Under the pieces are notes generated by a model. It was not told where the DNA came from. It worked only from the letters and a program-made list of their open reading frames with translations, and did no database searches. The translations under genes were made by a program, and so were the position numbers. DNA of 32,000 bases from Halomicronema hongdechloris C2206 (GTDB lineage Bacteria; Cyanobacteriota; Cyanobacteriia; Phormidesmidales; Phormidesmidaceae): positions 1,860,001 through 1,892,000 of the forward strand of contig NZ_CP021983.2 of the NCBI RefSeq assembly GCF_002075285.3, written 5' to 3'. Positions 9,019-17,425 of this stretch are shown here, piece by piece; position 1 is the first letter of the stretch; each line of letters begins with the position of its first letter.

Positions 9019-9860
9019 TTTTCTATTGAGATTAATTCTTTTGCATCAACTATCTTTATGGTATTTTCTTCGTGATCAGCATAAACAACGATTTCCCACC
9101 ATGAAATTCGGCCAAGGAGGTTTGCATCTGGAGTTCTTGTATAGTCAATCTGCATATAAGGAGTATGCACTGGATAGGTGATCTCAAGTGGAAGTAAAAA
9201 AGCCCGACCATTTTTGCGAAGCGCTAAGTTTTTAGAAAAGATTTCGAGAAATGATCTCTGATAAGTTTTTTCTTGAAGTGATTCTAGATTAAAAACATAC
9301 TGTGGAAAAACAAGCCCAGATAGCTCAAAATTTGTAGGCCATATTTCTCCATTGGAATAGTGCAGAAACATGGCATTTCCTGTGATATATCCAGACTTCT
9401 GGAAAAACAATATGTTTTCATCTTTGATGGATTTGTACAAAAATGAATCTGAGGGGATTGCTCTTGAAGCTTCTGGGAGTTCTACTGCTTCTCTTATTTG
9501 AGAATGCTTGTTCTCATATGTCCAGCCTGCAATTCCTGAGAACCAAAAGCCCCAAAAAATCTTAGTCTGGAAAGTGATCAGGACAAAAAGAATTGCACCA
9601 AAAATCAGCTTTCTTGGATAAAAATTTTCGTCTTGAATAGAGACCCATTCTGCTAATCTTGTTAAAATTTGTTTGGTTTTGCGAGGGAAGAAAAATAGTA
9701 AAGCAACATACAAGATGTTCATGACTAGGTATTTTTGATACCACGAAGTATGTCGCGAACCTAAAGCTATCGACATCCCAATCATTAGAATCGCCAAAAA
9801 GCTTATGGCAATCAAAAGATAATATAGTCTTGTCGACAAAGAATGAATGTAGTCTGGCAT
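9015..9860 (-). CDS. Membrane-anchored hypothetical protein (3 TM plus a ~170-aa extracytoplasmic domain), partner of the HTTM-DCC gene
   Basis: 281-aa ORF whose stop overlaps the HTTM-DCC start (ATGA at 9015-9018). Hydrophobic segments include LYYLLIAISFLAILMIGMSIAL, VMNILYVALLFFF and LIFGAILFVLITF. No family recognised. Confidence 0.65.
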   Translation of the reverse strand: MPDYIHSLSTRLYYLLIAISFLAILMIGMSIALGSRHTSWYQKYLVMNILYVALLFFFPRKTKQILTRLAEWVSIQDENFYPRKLIFGAILFVLITFQTKIFWGFWFSGIAGWTYENKHSQIREAVELPEASRAIPSDSFLYKSIKDENILFFQKSGYITGNAMFLHYSNGEIWPTNFELSGLVFPQYVFNLESLQEKTYQRSFLEIFSKNLALRKNGRAFLLPLEITYPVHTPYMQIDYTRTPDANLLGRISWWEIVVYADHEENTIKIVDAKELISIEK

Positions 9861-9894
9861 TTACGCGACTTTTCCTGATGGTTATTCTCAGTGA

Positions 9895-11184
9895 TTACAA
9901 AACTGAGAAGAGAGATTGCAACCCTTTTGCCCAACCATAATCCTGGGTTAACGTATGAGGATGCCAGAGCAGGGCTACTTGTCCACGTACCATACGACAT
10001 TCCTCTACCCAATACTGTATGGTTGCCACACGTTCATTGTCCGTCATTAAGGCGTAGTCATAGAGGTGAGAATCCATCAACATCGAAGGTAAGGCGATGA
10101 TCTGATGGGGAGTAGATGCACTTCTATGCCAAGGCCGCCAAGCAATAGCACTAGCATTACGAAATCCGGAGCGATCGTTGAACATCAATGTCGTATCTCG
10201 TTGTAGGCCAGCCTTGGTTTGGGCTGACCAGGTAGTATCCCAGCTAAACCTTAACCAGTGCTGACGACAATCTGTAATATTGATTCCCGTGGTTAACTGA
10301 AGGTGTTTTCGCTGGGCTGTAATCCTATCCTTATCGTGCCAAGCGTCGAAGCTGGGATGAATTCCAACACTATACTTTGCAACTTGTAGCTTTTCAATGA
10401 AGGATTGCACTTTGGGGGCTGTTATTGAGTATGCGGGATCCATCAACCAGCGTTTCAGGGTTTTGGGAGCCGGGTCAGCATAAAAATGAAATATACTGCG
10501 AATCCCCCTCTGTTGTTCCATTTGCAGCAGGTCATCCAAAACCCACCAGTCTTCTTGGCTCAGCAGAAACCGTATCGCTTGTTGCGTTTTCGCGATCGCT
10601 GCCGTCAGATCTTTTCGTCCTAAGGCTCGTAGGGCATTGACCCCATTAAAGACTCCTTGCTTGAGTCGGATTGCCCAGGTCTTGCTGACAGCATCTATAT
10701 CATGGGTCATGATAAATTCTGGAGAAGGAAGCGCTCCAAACAAATGTTCAACATCCTCTCCCCTGATCTGAGCTACCCATTCACGCAAGAATAAGGCAAC
10801 GCGATTAACCCAAGCCCGTTCCCAAACCCGTTTATCCCAAGCTCTCAATCGAAAACTGTAAGAATGAATGGGTCCGTTGGCATCTTCCCAAGAGCGTTCA
10901 TGCCAGCATTCGAGTAACAAAAAGCTTGCCAACCACCAATCAACCTGTTCCCAGTGAATTCCGCAAGGACAGGTTTCCGCAGGTACTAATAATATCCCTC
11001 CTACCCCCCAAATACTGGCCCAGTCTGGTAAAGGTATTTCTCTCAGAGAGAGCGCTTCAGAAATAACAGGATTGGATACCGACAAAATTGGCAAATCGGC
11101 AATGATGTGTTTATTCTTGGGCCAATAACGTGAGAGCGATCGCAGCACATGATCCCTGACTACATCAGGCGCTGGTAACTGCAT
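9895..11184 (-). CDS. Hypothetical protein, possibly a divergent polysaccharide deacetylase (CE4-like)
   Basis: 429 aa. FIMTHDIDAV, GIHPSFDAWHD and VALLWHPHTL loosely recall NodB-type motifs (D-D, H-x-x-x-H, L-x-H). The functional call is weak. Confidence 0.4.
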   Translation of the reverse strand: MQLPAPDVVRDHVLRSLSRYWPKNKHIIADLPILSVSNPVISEALSLREIPLPDWASIWGVGGILLVPAETCPCGIHWEQVDWWLASFLLLECWHERSWEDANGPIHSYSFRLRAWDKRVWERAWVNRVALFLREWVAQIRGEDVEHLFGALPSPEFIMTHDIDAVSKTWAIRLKQGVFNGVNALRALGRKDLTAAIAKTQQAIRFLLSQEDWWVLDDLLQMEQQRGIRSIFHFYADPAPKTLKRWLMDPAYSITAPKVQSFIEKLQVAKYSVGIHPSFDAWHDKDRITAQRKHLQLTTGINITDCRQHWLRFSWDTTWSAQTKAGLQRDTTLMFNDRSGFRNASAIAWRPWHRSASTPHQIIALPSMLMDSHLYDYALMTDNERVATIQYWVEECRMVRGQVALLWHPHTLTQDYGWAKGLQSLFSVL

Positions 11185-11191
11185 TGTCTTC

Positions 11192-13087
11192 TTAATTTGA
11201 ATCTATGAACTGTCGATGCCAGAGCTCTAGACAAAGCGCTCCCCAAAGTTGCCGTCCCCCTACACCCTGGTCTGACATCATTGCTTCTAAAGCCTCGGGA
11301 CGAAAAATTCCCCGATTTAGACTATGTTGAGAAAGTAGGGTGTCACCGACAAAATCCCGAACACATCCACCTTTCATCCATTCTTTTAAGGGAACTGGAA
11401 ATCCCATTTTGTCTTTACGATTCAGAATCTCTGGAGGCAATATATGACGAATCGCTTTCTTAAGAATATGTTTAGTACGTCCTCCCTTAAATTTCATCGG
11501 GGGAGGCATGGTCGTTATTAAGTCAACAATTCGTGTATCTAATAGCGGTACCCGTGATTCCAAAGACACAGCCATGCTGACTCTATCTTCAATCTGTAGC
11601 AAGGCAGGTAGCAACGTTTTTTGATCAAAGTGAGTCATCTTATTGATGTAAGACTGGGTATCTGGATGATTAAAAATGGCCTGGAAGTCAGCAAATAATG
11701 CTGTTCGGTCAAAGCCAGCTAATATCTCGGGATTCAGTAACCTCATCATCCCCTGGCTACGGTCAATCAGATGAAAGTAACGGGCATCCATAGGCTCAAA
11801 CAGCCCACGACTCCAAAAGTTGGCAAGTAATGGCTTATATTGTTTAAGAATGGATAAATGGGGAATAATTGACTCTAAAGTGACGACGTGTTTCCCTTCT
11901 TCTTGAGTTTCAAAAATTGCCCCCTTCAAGGCTTGCTCTAGATATCCCACCAGATATCTAGCATACCCGCCAAAAATCTCATCCCCTCCTTGTCCTCCAA
12001 GCACAACGGTCACCTGCTCCTTAGCCAGCTTACTCACCGCAAATTGTGGAAATAGTCCGGGACCTGCTAGCGGTTCATCAAGCATGTAAATCAGGTACGG
12101 CAAACTCTCTACAAACTGTTTAGCCGTGGGAACAGTCTCAAAGTATTGCCCTGATGAATTGGCTGAAACAATTCGCGCGTACTTAGATTCATCGTAGGCT
12201 AGCCCCTCTGCAAACCGTCCGTGAAACATTGGGAAAGAAGTTTCCAGATGTTGAGCTGCTAGAGTACAGATCAAACTGGAATCAATTCCACCTGAAAGGT
12301 ATCCTCCTAAGGGGACGTCAGAGCGGATTTGAAGTCGCAGCGTATCTTCTAATAAAGAACTCAGCCGATCAAGAAAGTAATCTTCCGTGTGGTACTGGTC
12401 AATTTGATAGTTGGTATCCCAATAAATGATCTCTTTTTTGATCTGATCACCTTGTCCCAGCAAATATGAACCAGGTCTTATTTTTTTGATTCCTTCAAAG
12501 AGGGTGTGATCGTCTAAACAGAATTGAAAACAAAGATACTGATGTAGAGCTTGATTGTCACGACTTGCAGCAATTTCAGGGTGTAAGAGTAATGCCTTAA
12601 TCTCTGAAGCGAATAAAAGCTCTTCTTGACAATGTGCGTAATAAAGTGGTTTGATGCCGAAGGGATCTCGAGCAGTAATCCACTTATTCTCTAAGCGATC
12701 ATGAAAGATGAAAGCAAACATGCCATTGAGTCGATCAATCGCTGCTGCTCCATCTCTAATTAATAATTTAAGGAGGACTTCTGTATCAGAAAATGTCTCG
12801 AATCGCTCTCCTTGCTGTATGAGCGACTGACGTAATTCTAAATAGTTATAAATTTCACCGTTAAAAATAAGTGAATATCGACCGTTCGAAGAGCTCATGG
12901 GTTGGGCCCCATGCTCTGCATCAATAATGGCTAAGCGTTGGTGCCCTAACAAAGCTTGACCAGGAATGTGCTTAACGCCTCTTCCATCAGGCCCGCGATG
13001 GAAAAGAGAAGCGAGCATACGGTCAATTAGGGGAAGTCGGTCTTCCAGACTTTGACCGGAGCTTAAAACAGCAACTAATCCGCACAT
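11192..13087 (-). CDS. Asparagine synthase (glutamine-hydrolysing) family amidotransferase, AsnB/WbpS-like
   Basis: The N-terminal MCGL provides the Cys2 nucleophile of class-II glutamine amidotransferases. LSGGIDSS is the PP-loop. Length is 631 aa. Confidence 0.9.
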   Translation of the reverse strand: MCGLVAVLSSGQSLEDRLPLIDRMLASLFHRGPDGRGVKHIPGQALLGHQRLAIIDAEHGAQPMSSSNGRYSLIFNGEIYNYLELRQSLIQQGERFETFSDTEVLLKLLIRDGAAAIDRLNGMFAFIFHDRLENKWITARDPFGIKPLYYAHCQEELLFASEIKALLLHPEIAASRDNQALHQYLCFQFCLDDHTLFEGIKKIRPGSYLLGQGDQIKKEIIYWDTNYQIDQYHTEDYFLDRLSSLLEDTLRLQIRSDVPLGGYLSGGIDSSLICTLAAQHLETSFPMFHGRFAEGLAYDESKYARIVSANSSGQYFETVPTAKQFVESLPYLIYMLDEPLAGPGLFPQFAVSKLAKEQVTVVLGGQGGDEIFGGYARYLVGYLEQALKGAIFETQEEGKHVVTLESIIPHLSILKQYKPLLANFWSRGLFEPMDARYFHLIDRSQGMMRLLNPEILAGFDRTALFADFQAIFNHPDTQSYINKMTHFDQKTLLPALLQIEDRVSMAVSLESRVPLLDTRIVDLITTMPPPMKFKGGRTKHILKKAIRHILPPEILNRKDKMGFPVPLKEWMKGGCVRDFVGDTLLSQHSLNRGIFRPEALEAMMSDQGVGGRQLWGALCLELWHRQFIDSN

Positions 13088-13108
13088 ACCTTAAAGGCCT
13101 TGACTTGC

Positions 13109-13912
13109 TCAAGGTCTGTCATTTGTAACTCTCCAATCCCGATGTTTTCTTTTGATCGCTGTCCGCCACCCTCCCCAGGGCCAGTGATACATGATTGTCA
13201 TCACCATGTATCCCAGCGTTGTAATACTGCCAATCATCTTGCTGGCACTCTGTTTCTGGTCGTAACGAAGAACAAACGGCACTTCTGAAAAAGTGGCTCC
13301 CAGCATTTTCAGTTTGATCAGCTTCTCTAAGGTTCCTGTGAATCCTAACCCTTTTAATTGCAGAAAATTATTGCCATAAAATGCGATCGCTTCTTTAATC
13401 AATTCAGCGCGATAGGCTCGAAACCCACAGGAGTATTCTCTGACACCTTGAATAGGAAAAAAGAACTTCATGAATAGATTGGCACACCAACTAATGAAGG
13501 CTCGGTAAGCGCTAACCCCCAGTTGCCCGCCTCCTGGTTGAAATCTAGAAGCAATCACCACATCGAAACCTTTATTCAACCTAGACACCAAATGAGGAAT
13601 GAAATGAGGTTCATGGGTATCATCACAATCTAGCCGAACAATTACATCTTCCGGGTGGGAAATTTCAGCAACATACTCAAATAAATCCCGTTCGGTTTCT
13701 CCTAAACCCCGATTGATTTTGTGGCAAAGAATATCTAAAGGAAGTAACTGGGCATATTCAGCTAAAAGCTCACGAGTTCTGTCTTGGCTACCATCATCAC
13801 AGACAATCACTTTGTATTCCCAGTTTGACTCTGCCATAACGTGATCAATTTTTTTTAGTAAACTTGGCAGAGACTTTTCTTCGTTGTAAGCTGGCAAAGT
13901 GATATATATCAA
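13109..13912 (-). CDS. GT2 glycosyltransferase, polyprenyl-phosphate sugar synthase type (GtrB/ArnC/DPM1-like)
   Basis: LPAYNEE, VIVCDDGSQD and RLDCDDTHEP motifs are present. The start is TTG at 13912, preceded by GGAGA (reverse complement of 13920-13924). Confidence 0.8.
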   Translation of the reverse strand: MIYITLPAYNEEKSLPSLLKKIDHVMAESNWEYKVIVCDDGSQDRTRELLAEYAQLLPLDILCHKINRGLGETERDLFEYVAEISHPEDVIVRLDCDDTHEPHFIPHLVSRLNKGFDVVIASRFQPGGGQLGVSAYRAFISWCANLFMKFFFPIQGVREYSCGFRAYRAELIKEAIAFYGNNFLQLKGLGFTGTLEKLIKLKMLGATFSEVPFVLRYDQKQSASKMIGSITTLGYMVMTIMYHWPWGGWRTAIKRKHRDWRVTNDRP

Positions 13913-14212
13913 CTCTTATTCTCCAATAGTCATCTAAACCTAAAGGAAATTTTTCAGAAAAAGAATCGTCGAAAAATTTGCAGAAATTTTTGCTAGCTGA
14001 TCTCAAGGCTTAAGTGAAAAATTGATGGTCGGAACTTTACTTAGCTTGCTGCAGGAATGATTTCAATAGATGGAATATCTGATAACCTGGCATTCAATCT
14101 GGCGTGGAGTGGATATCACTAAGTTAAGCGTCTCTAAGCATGACCGATCGACATTAATGATGTAAAGTAAAATGATGTAAAGTAATAGGACATCAATCAA
14201 AACATTATTCTA

Positions 14213-15352
14213 TTATTCAAAGGCACAAAGTAGAGTCTGAGAAACTCTTCTTTGCTTATCGAATGTTAATTCTGGCCAAATTGGAAGGCTTAAAACTTGA
14301 TTGGCAATTCTATCACTAACTGGATTAGGTGGATATTGCCCTTGATAAATTGGCAATTTATCTTGTGGTACTGGATAGTACACCATAGAGCCGATTCCTT
14401 GTTGTCTTAAGTGCTGAGCTACCGCATCTCGTTTATCTTTTATCGTAAGAGTATATTGATGAAAAACATGACCTTCAATGCATTCTGGAGGGATAATTCC
14501 GGTTACATCAGAAAATAGTTGATTATAATGCTGAGCTACTTTTCGCCTAGCATTATTCCAAGTGTCAATATGCGGCAATTTAGCTCGAAGAATAGCAGCT
14601 TGAATTGTATCCAGACGAGAGTTGTAACCGACTGTTTCGTTGTAGTATTTCTTCTTAGCTCCATGGACTCTTAACATCCGGGCAGTTTCAGCTACAACGT
14701 CATCATCCGTAGCAATCAGCCCCCCGTCACCATAGGCCCCTAAATTCTTACTGGGGAAAAAACTATATGCACCTACATCTCCAATTGTGCCAGTCTGCTT
14801 ACCTGCGTAAGCATTAGACAAATTATTATTACCTTGAGCAGAAAAGTAACGAGCTCCAAAACTCTGAGCGCAATCTTCAACCACCTTTAAATCGTACTTT
14901 TGAGCCAGTAGCATAATCTTATCCATTTCTGCTGGGCGGCCATAGAGATGAACCGGTAGAATGGCTTTCGTTCGCTCGGTAATTCTTTCTTCGATTAGGT
15001 CTGGATTTATATTGAACGTGTGTTCGTCAATGTCTACAAAGATAGGCTTGGCCCCAACATGACTGATGGCTTCTGCAGTAGCAAAGAAGGTAAACGGTGT
15101 TGTAATAACTTCGTCTCCAGGTCCGACTCCCAGTGAGCGCATGCTAATAAATAATGCATCGGTGCCACTATTAACACCAATGGCATGATTAACGCCTAAG
15201 TATTGGGCCACTTCCTGCTCGAACTGCTTTACATCTGGTCCCATGATAAATTGACCAGATTCAACAACACGTAAAATGGCTGCTTGAATTGTTTCTTTTA
15301 GCTGTTCATACTGAGGTTTAAGATCTAGAATCGGAATCTCTAACTGGTCCAC
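14213..15352 (-). CDS. DegT-family aminotransferase, WbpE/WlbC-like (UDP-2-acetamido-3-oxo-glucuronate aminotransferase type)
   Basis: GVNSGTDAL, VEDCAQSFGA and YSFFPSKNLGAYGDGG (PLP lysine) are present. GTG start with AAGAGGA upstream. It sits next to WbpD/B/A-like genes. Confidence 0.85.
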   Translation of the reverse strand: MDQLEIPILDLKPQYEQLKETIQAAILRVVESGQFIMGPDVKQFEQEVAQYLGVNHAIGVNSGTDALFISMRSLGVGPGDEVITTPFTFFATAEAISHVGAKPIFVDIDEHTFNINPDLIEERITERTKAILPVHLYGRPAEMDKIMLLAQKYDLKVVEDCAQSFGARYFSAQGNNNLSNAYAGKQTGTIGDVGAYSFFPSKNLGAYGDGGLIATDDDVVAETARMLRVHGAKKKYYNETVGYNSRLDTIQAAILRAKLPHIDTWNNARRKVAQHYNQLFSDVTGIIPPECIEGHVFHQYTLTIKDKRDAVAQHLRQQGIGSMVYYPVPQDKLPIYQGQYPPNPVSDRIANQVLSLPIWPELTFDKQRRVSQTLLCAFE

Positions 15353-15419
15353 TCGATTATCCTCTTAACGTTTAATAGATACGGTAGATAGGTTGTCAAC
15401 CGATTATAATGACTTCTAA

Positions 15420-16001
15420 TTAAGAAAGACGTTTTACCACTTGCTCAGCAACTTTCTGATAGGTGATTCCTGTTGTATCGGTGGCATAGCCATCAGAATC
15501 AAATTTCAAAATATCTCCATATTCGCTCATCCAACCCGTTACTCTTCCAGGTACCCCAGAAACGACTGCATAGGCTGGCACATCCTTAGTCACCACTGCA
15601 CCAGCCCCTATAAATGCATATTCATGCAATGTAACTCCGCAAACAATTGTGACATTGGCACCAATACTGACTCCTCGCTTCACCCAGGTTTTCTGATAAT
15701 CATCCGACGTGTTGCGCGGGAATTCACACCGAGGAGTTTTGATATTTGTGAAAACCATGCTAGGGCCGCAGAAAACATAGTCTTCTAAAATGACACCTTC
15801 ATAGAGAGAGACGTTATTTTGAATCTTGCAACCGTTGCCAATGTGGACATTGTTGGCGACAAAAACATTTTGTCCCAGGGAACAGTCTTGACCAATTTCG
15901 GCTTTGCCCATGATATGGGAAAAATGCCAAATCTTGGTTCCTGTTCCGACGATCGCCCCTTCATCCACATAGGCCGACTGATGCACAAAGTAGTCTGTCA
16001 T
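15420..16001 (-). CDS. Left-handed beta-helix N-acetyltransferase, WbpD/WlbB-like
   Basis: 193 aa of hexapeptide repeats ([45 protein letters not shown]...[25 protein letters not shown]). Confidence 0.85.
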   Translation of the reverse strand: MTDYFVHQSAYVDEGAIVGTGTKIWHFSHIMGKAEIGQDCSLGQNVFVANNVHIGNGCKIQNNVSLYEGVILEDYVFCGPSMVFTNIKTPRCEFPRNTSDDYQKTWVKRGVSIGANVTIVCGVTLHEYAFIGAGAVVTKDVPAYAVVSGVPGRVTGWMSEYGDILKFDSDGYATDTTGITYQKVAEQVVKRLS

Positions 16002-16017
16002 GGCCCAAACTCCAGAG

Positions 16018-16464
16018 TTATTGCCTTGTCTCAGGCAGAAACTGCTGATTCAAAATTTCATCTAATGAAAATGGACAAGTTTCTGGAAATGTGTCCCGGG
16101 CTAATCCTGTCTCCCGCTGGGCATCTCGCACGGCCTTGGGATAAATCATCGCCAGTGTGGGGTCCAATTCTCGCCGTAAGCTAGGACTATCAAGGATAAG
16201 CATCTCGATTTCATCTCGCTGGTGATCAATCGTCGCCAGCCAGCTTTTACTCTGTCTGTCGGGTTGGTACTGCCATTTGAGCAGATGCATGACTAAGAGC
16301 TGCAGACGACTGCGGAGCTGACGCAGGTCTCGTTTTCCCATACTGTCTAGCTCTTCAGCAATGTGTTCTGCGTCGATGTCGCTCAGCTGACCTGCTCGCA
16401 GTAAGGCAACATTGCGAGTTATCCAGGCATAAAAGTCAAGCTCATATTCAGTCTTTAAATCCAT
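16018..16464 (-). CDS. DUF29 family protein
   Basis: [46 protein letters not shown]...LLKWQYQP...FPETCPF is the DUF29 pattern common in cyanobacteria. I prefer the internal ATG at 16464 over the ORF-track start at 16485. Even so it overlaps the upstream gene by 17 nt. Confidence 0.8.
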   Translation of the reverse strand: MDLKTEYELDFYAWITRNVALLRAGQLSDIDAEHIAEELDSMGKRDLRQLRSRLQLLVMHLLKWQYQPDRQSKSWLATIDHQRDEIEMLILDSPSLRRELDPTLAMIYPKAVRDAQRETGLARDTFPETCPFSLDEILNQQFLPETRQ

Positions 16465-17425
16465 CTTCTTTATTCCCCACTGCATCTAATTGAATGTGAG
16501 CCCGCTCTAGGATTTCGACAACAGCTACCCCATTCCAGCCATCTGAGTGAGGTCTTTGTCGTGTTTCCAGGCAGTTCAGAAAATGTTGGCATTCCAGCCT
16601 CAGGGGTTGGTCTGCCGCGATTGCAATGGAATCTGTTCCTTCATCAAAGTGCTGCCGAGTCTCTCCATCGACCCGCTTGTGGTGAATCGTTACGGTCTGT
16701 GCCACTTCGTCATAGACCAGAATTTGATGTTCACAGAGTACCGTGGTGCGACGCTCTACCAAAGGCCAGTACCAGGAGCAGTGTATGTGAGCCGACTGCC
16801 CACCAGCAAAGGTAAGATCCACATGGACATAATCTTCAATGCCTAGCTGGATTATTGCCTGTCCCTGGGCTTGAACCGACTCTAGCGCCGGTCGGCCCAA
16901 CAGTTCCAGCACCACCGAGATATCATGGGGCGCAAAAGACCACCAGACATTTTCCTCCGCTCGCACCCGTCCTAGTTTGAGGCGTTGGGTTGCAATATGG
17001 CGAACGGCCCCCGCTTTACCTGCTGCTAGATAGTCGCGCATCCAGGCGATCGCCGGTTGATAGAGCAACAAGTGACCCACCATGAGAATGCGATCGTGTT
17101 CATCGGCGTAGGTGGTCAGGTCTCGTGCCTCCTCTGTCCGCAGGGTCATGGGTTTTTCTATAAATACATCTTTTCCTGCTTCCAAGGCAGCGAGTGCTAG
17201 TGAATAATGAGTAGAGGCTGGCGTTGCCAGCACAATTGCCATAGCATCTGCTATTAATGCTTCTTGGTAGTCGCTGTAAATAATAGTCTCGGGATAATTC
17301 ACTGACAGTGCATGGCGCAGGGAAGGGTTAACCTCTACCACACCAGCCAAGGCATTTAGCTCATGAAAGTTTCGAACCAAATTTTTTCCCCAATTCCCTG
17401 CCCCAACAACAACTACCTGATTCAC
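16448..17425 (-). CDS. Gfo/Idh/MocA-family oxidoreductase, WbpB/WlbA-like
   Basis: VVVVGAGNWGKN is the Rossmann motif and DVFIEKPM the EKP motif. 325 aa. ATGA overlap with the dehydrogenase gene at 17422-17425. Confidence 0.85.
   Translation of the reverse strand: MNQVVVVGAGNWGKNLVRNFHELNALAGVVEVNPSLRHALSVNYPETIIYSDYQEALIADAMAIVLATPASTHYSLALAALEAGKDVFIEKPMTLRTEEARDLTTYADEHDRILMVGHLLLYQPAIAWMRDYLAAGKAGAVRHIATQRLKLGRVRAEENVWWSFAPHDISVVLELLGRPALESVQAQGQAIIQLGIEDYVHVDLTFAGGQSAHIHCSWYWPLVERRTTVLCEHQILVYDEVAQTVTIHHKRVDGETRQHFDEGTDSIAIAADQPLRLECQHFLNCLETRQRPHSDGWNGVAVVEILERAHIQLDAVGNKEDGFKD

Noticed and set aside
16465-16485. Longer N-terminal extensions given by the ORF track for three genes (16485, 20654, 24328)
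   Set aside because: Family N-termini and SD positions favour the internal starts at 16464, 20585 and 24271. The extensions ([49 protein letters not shown]) look like upstream read-through.
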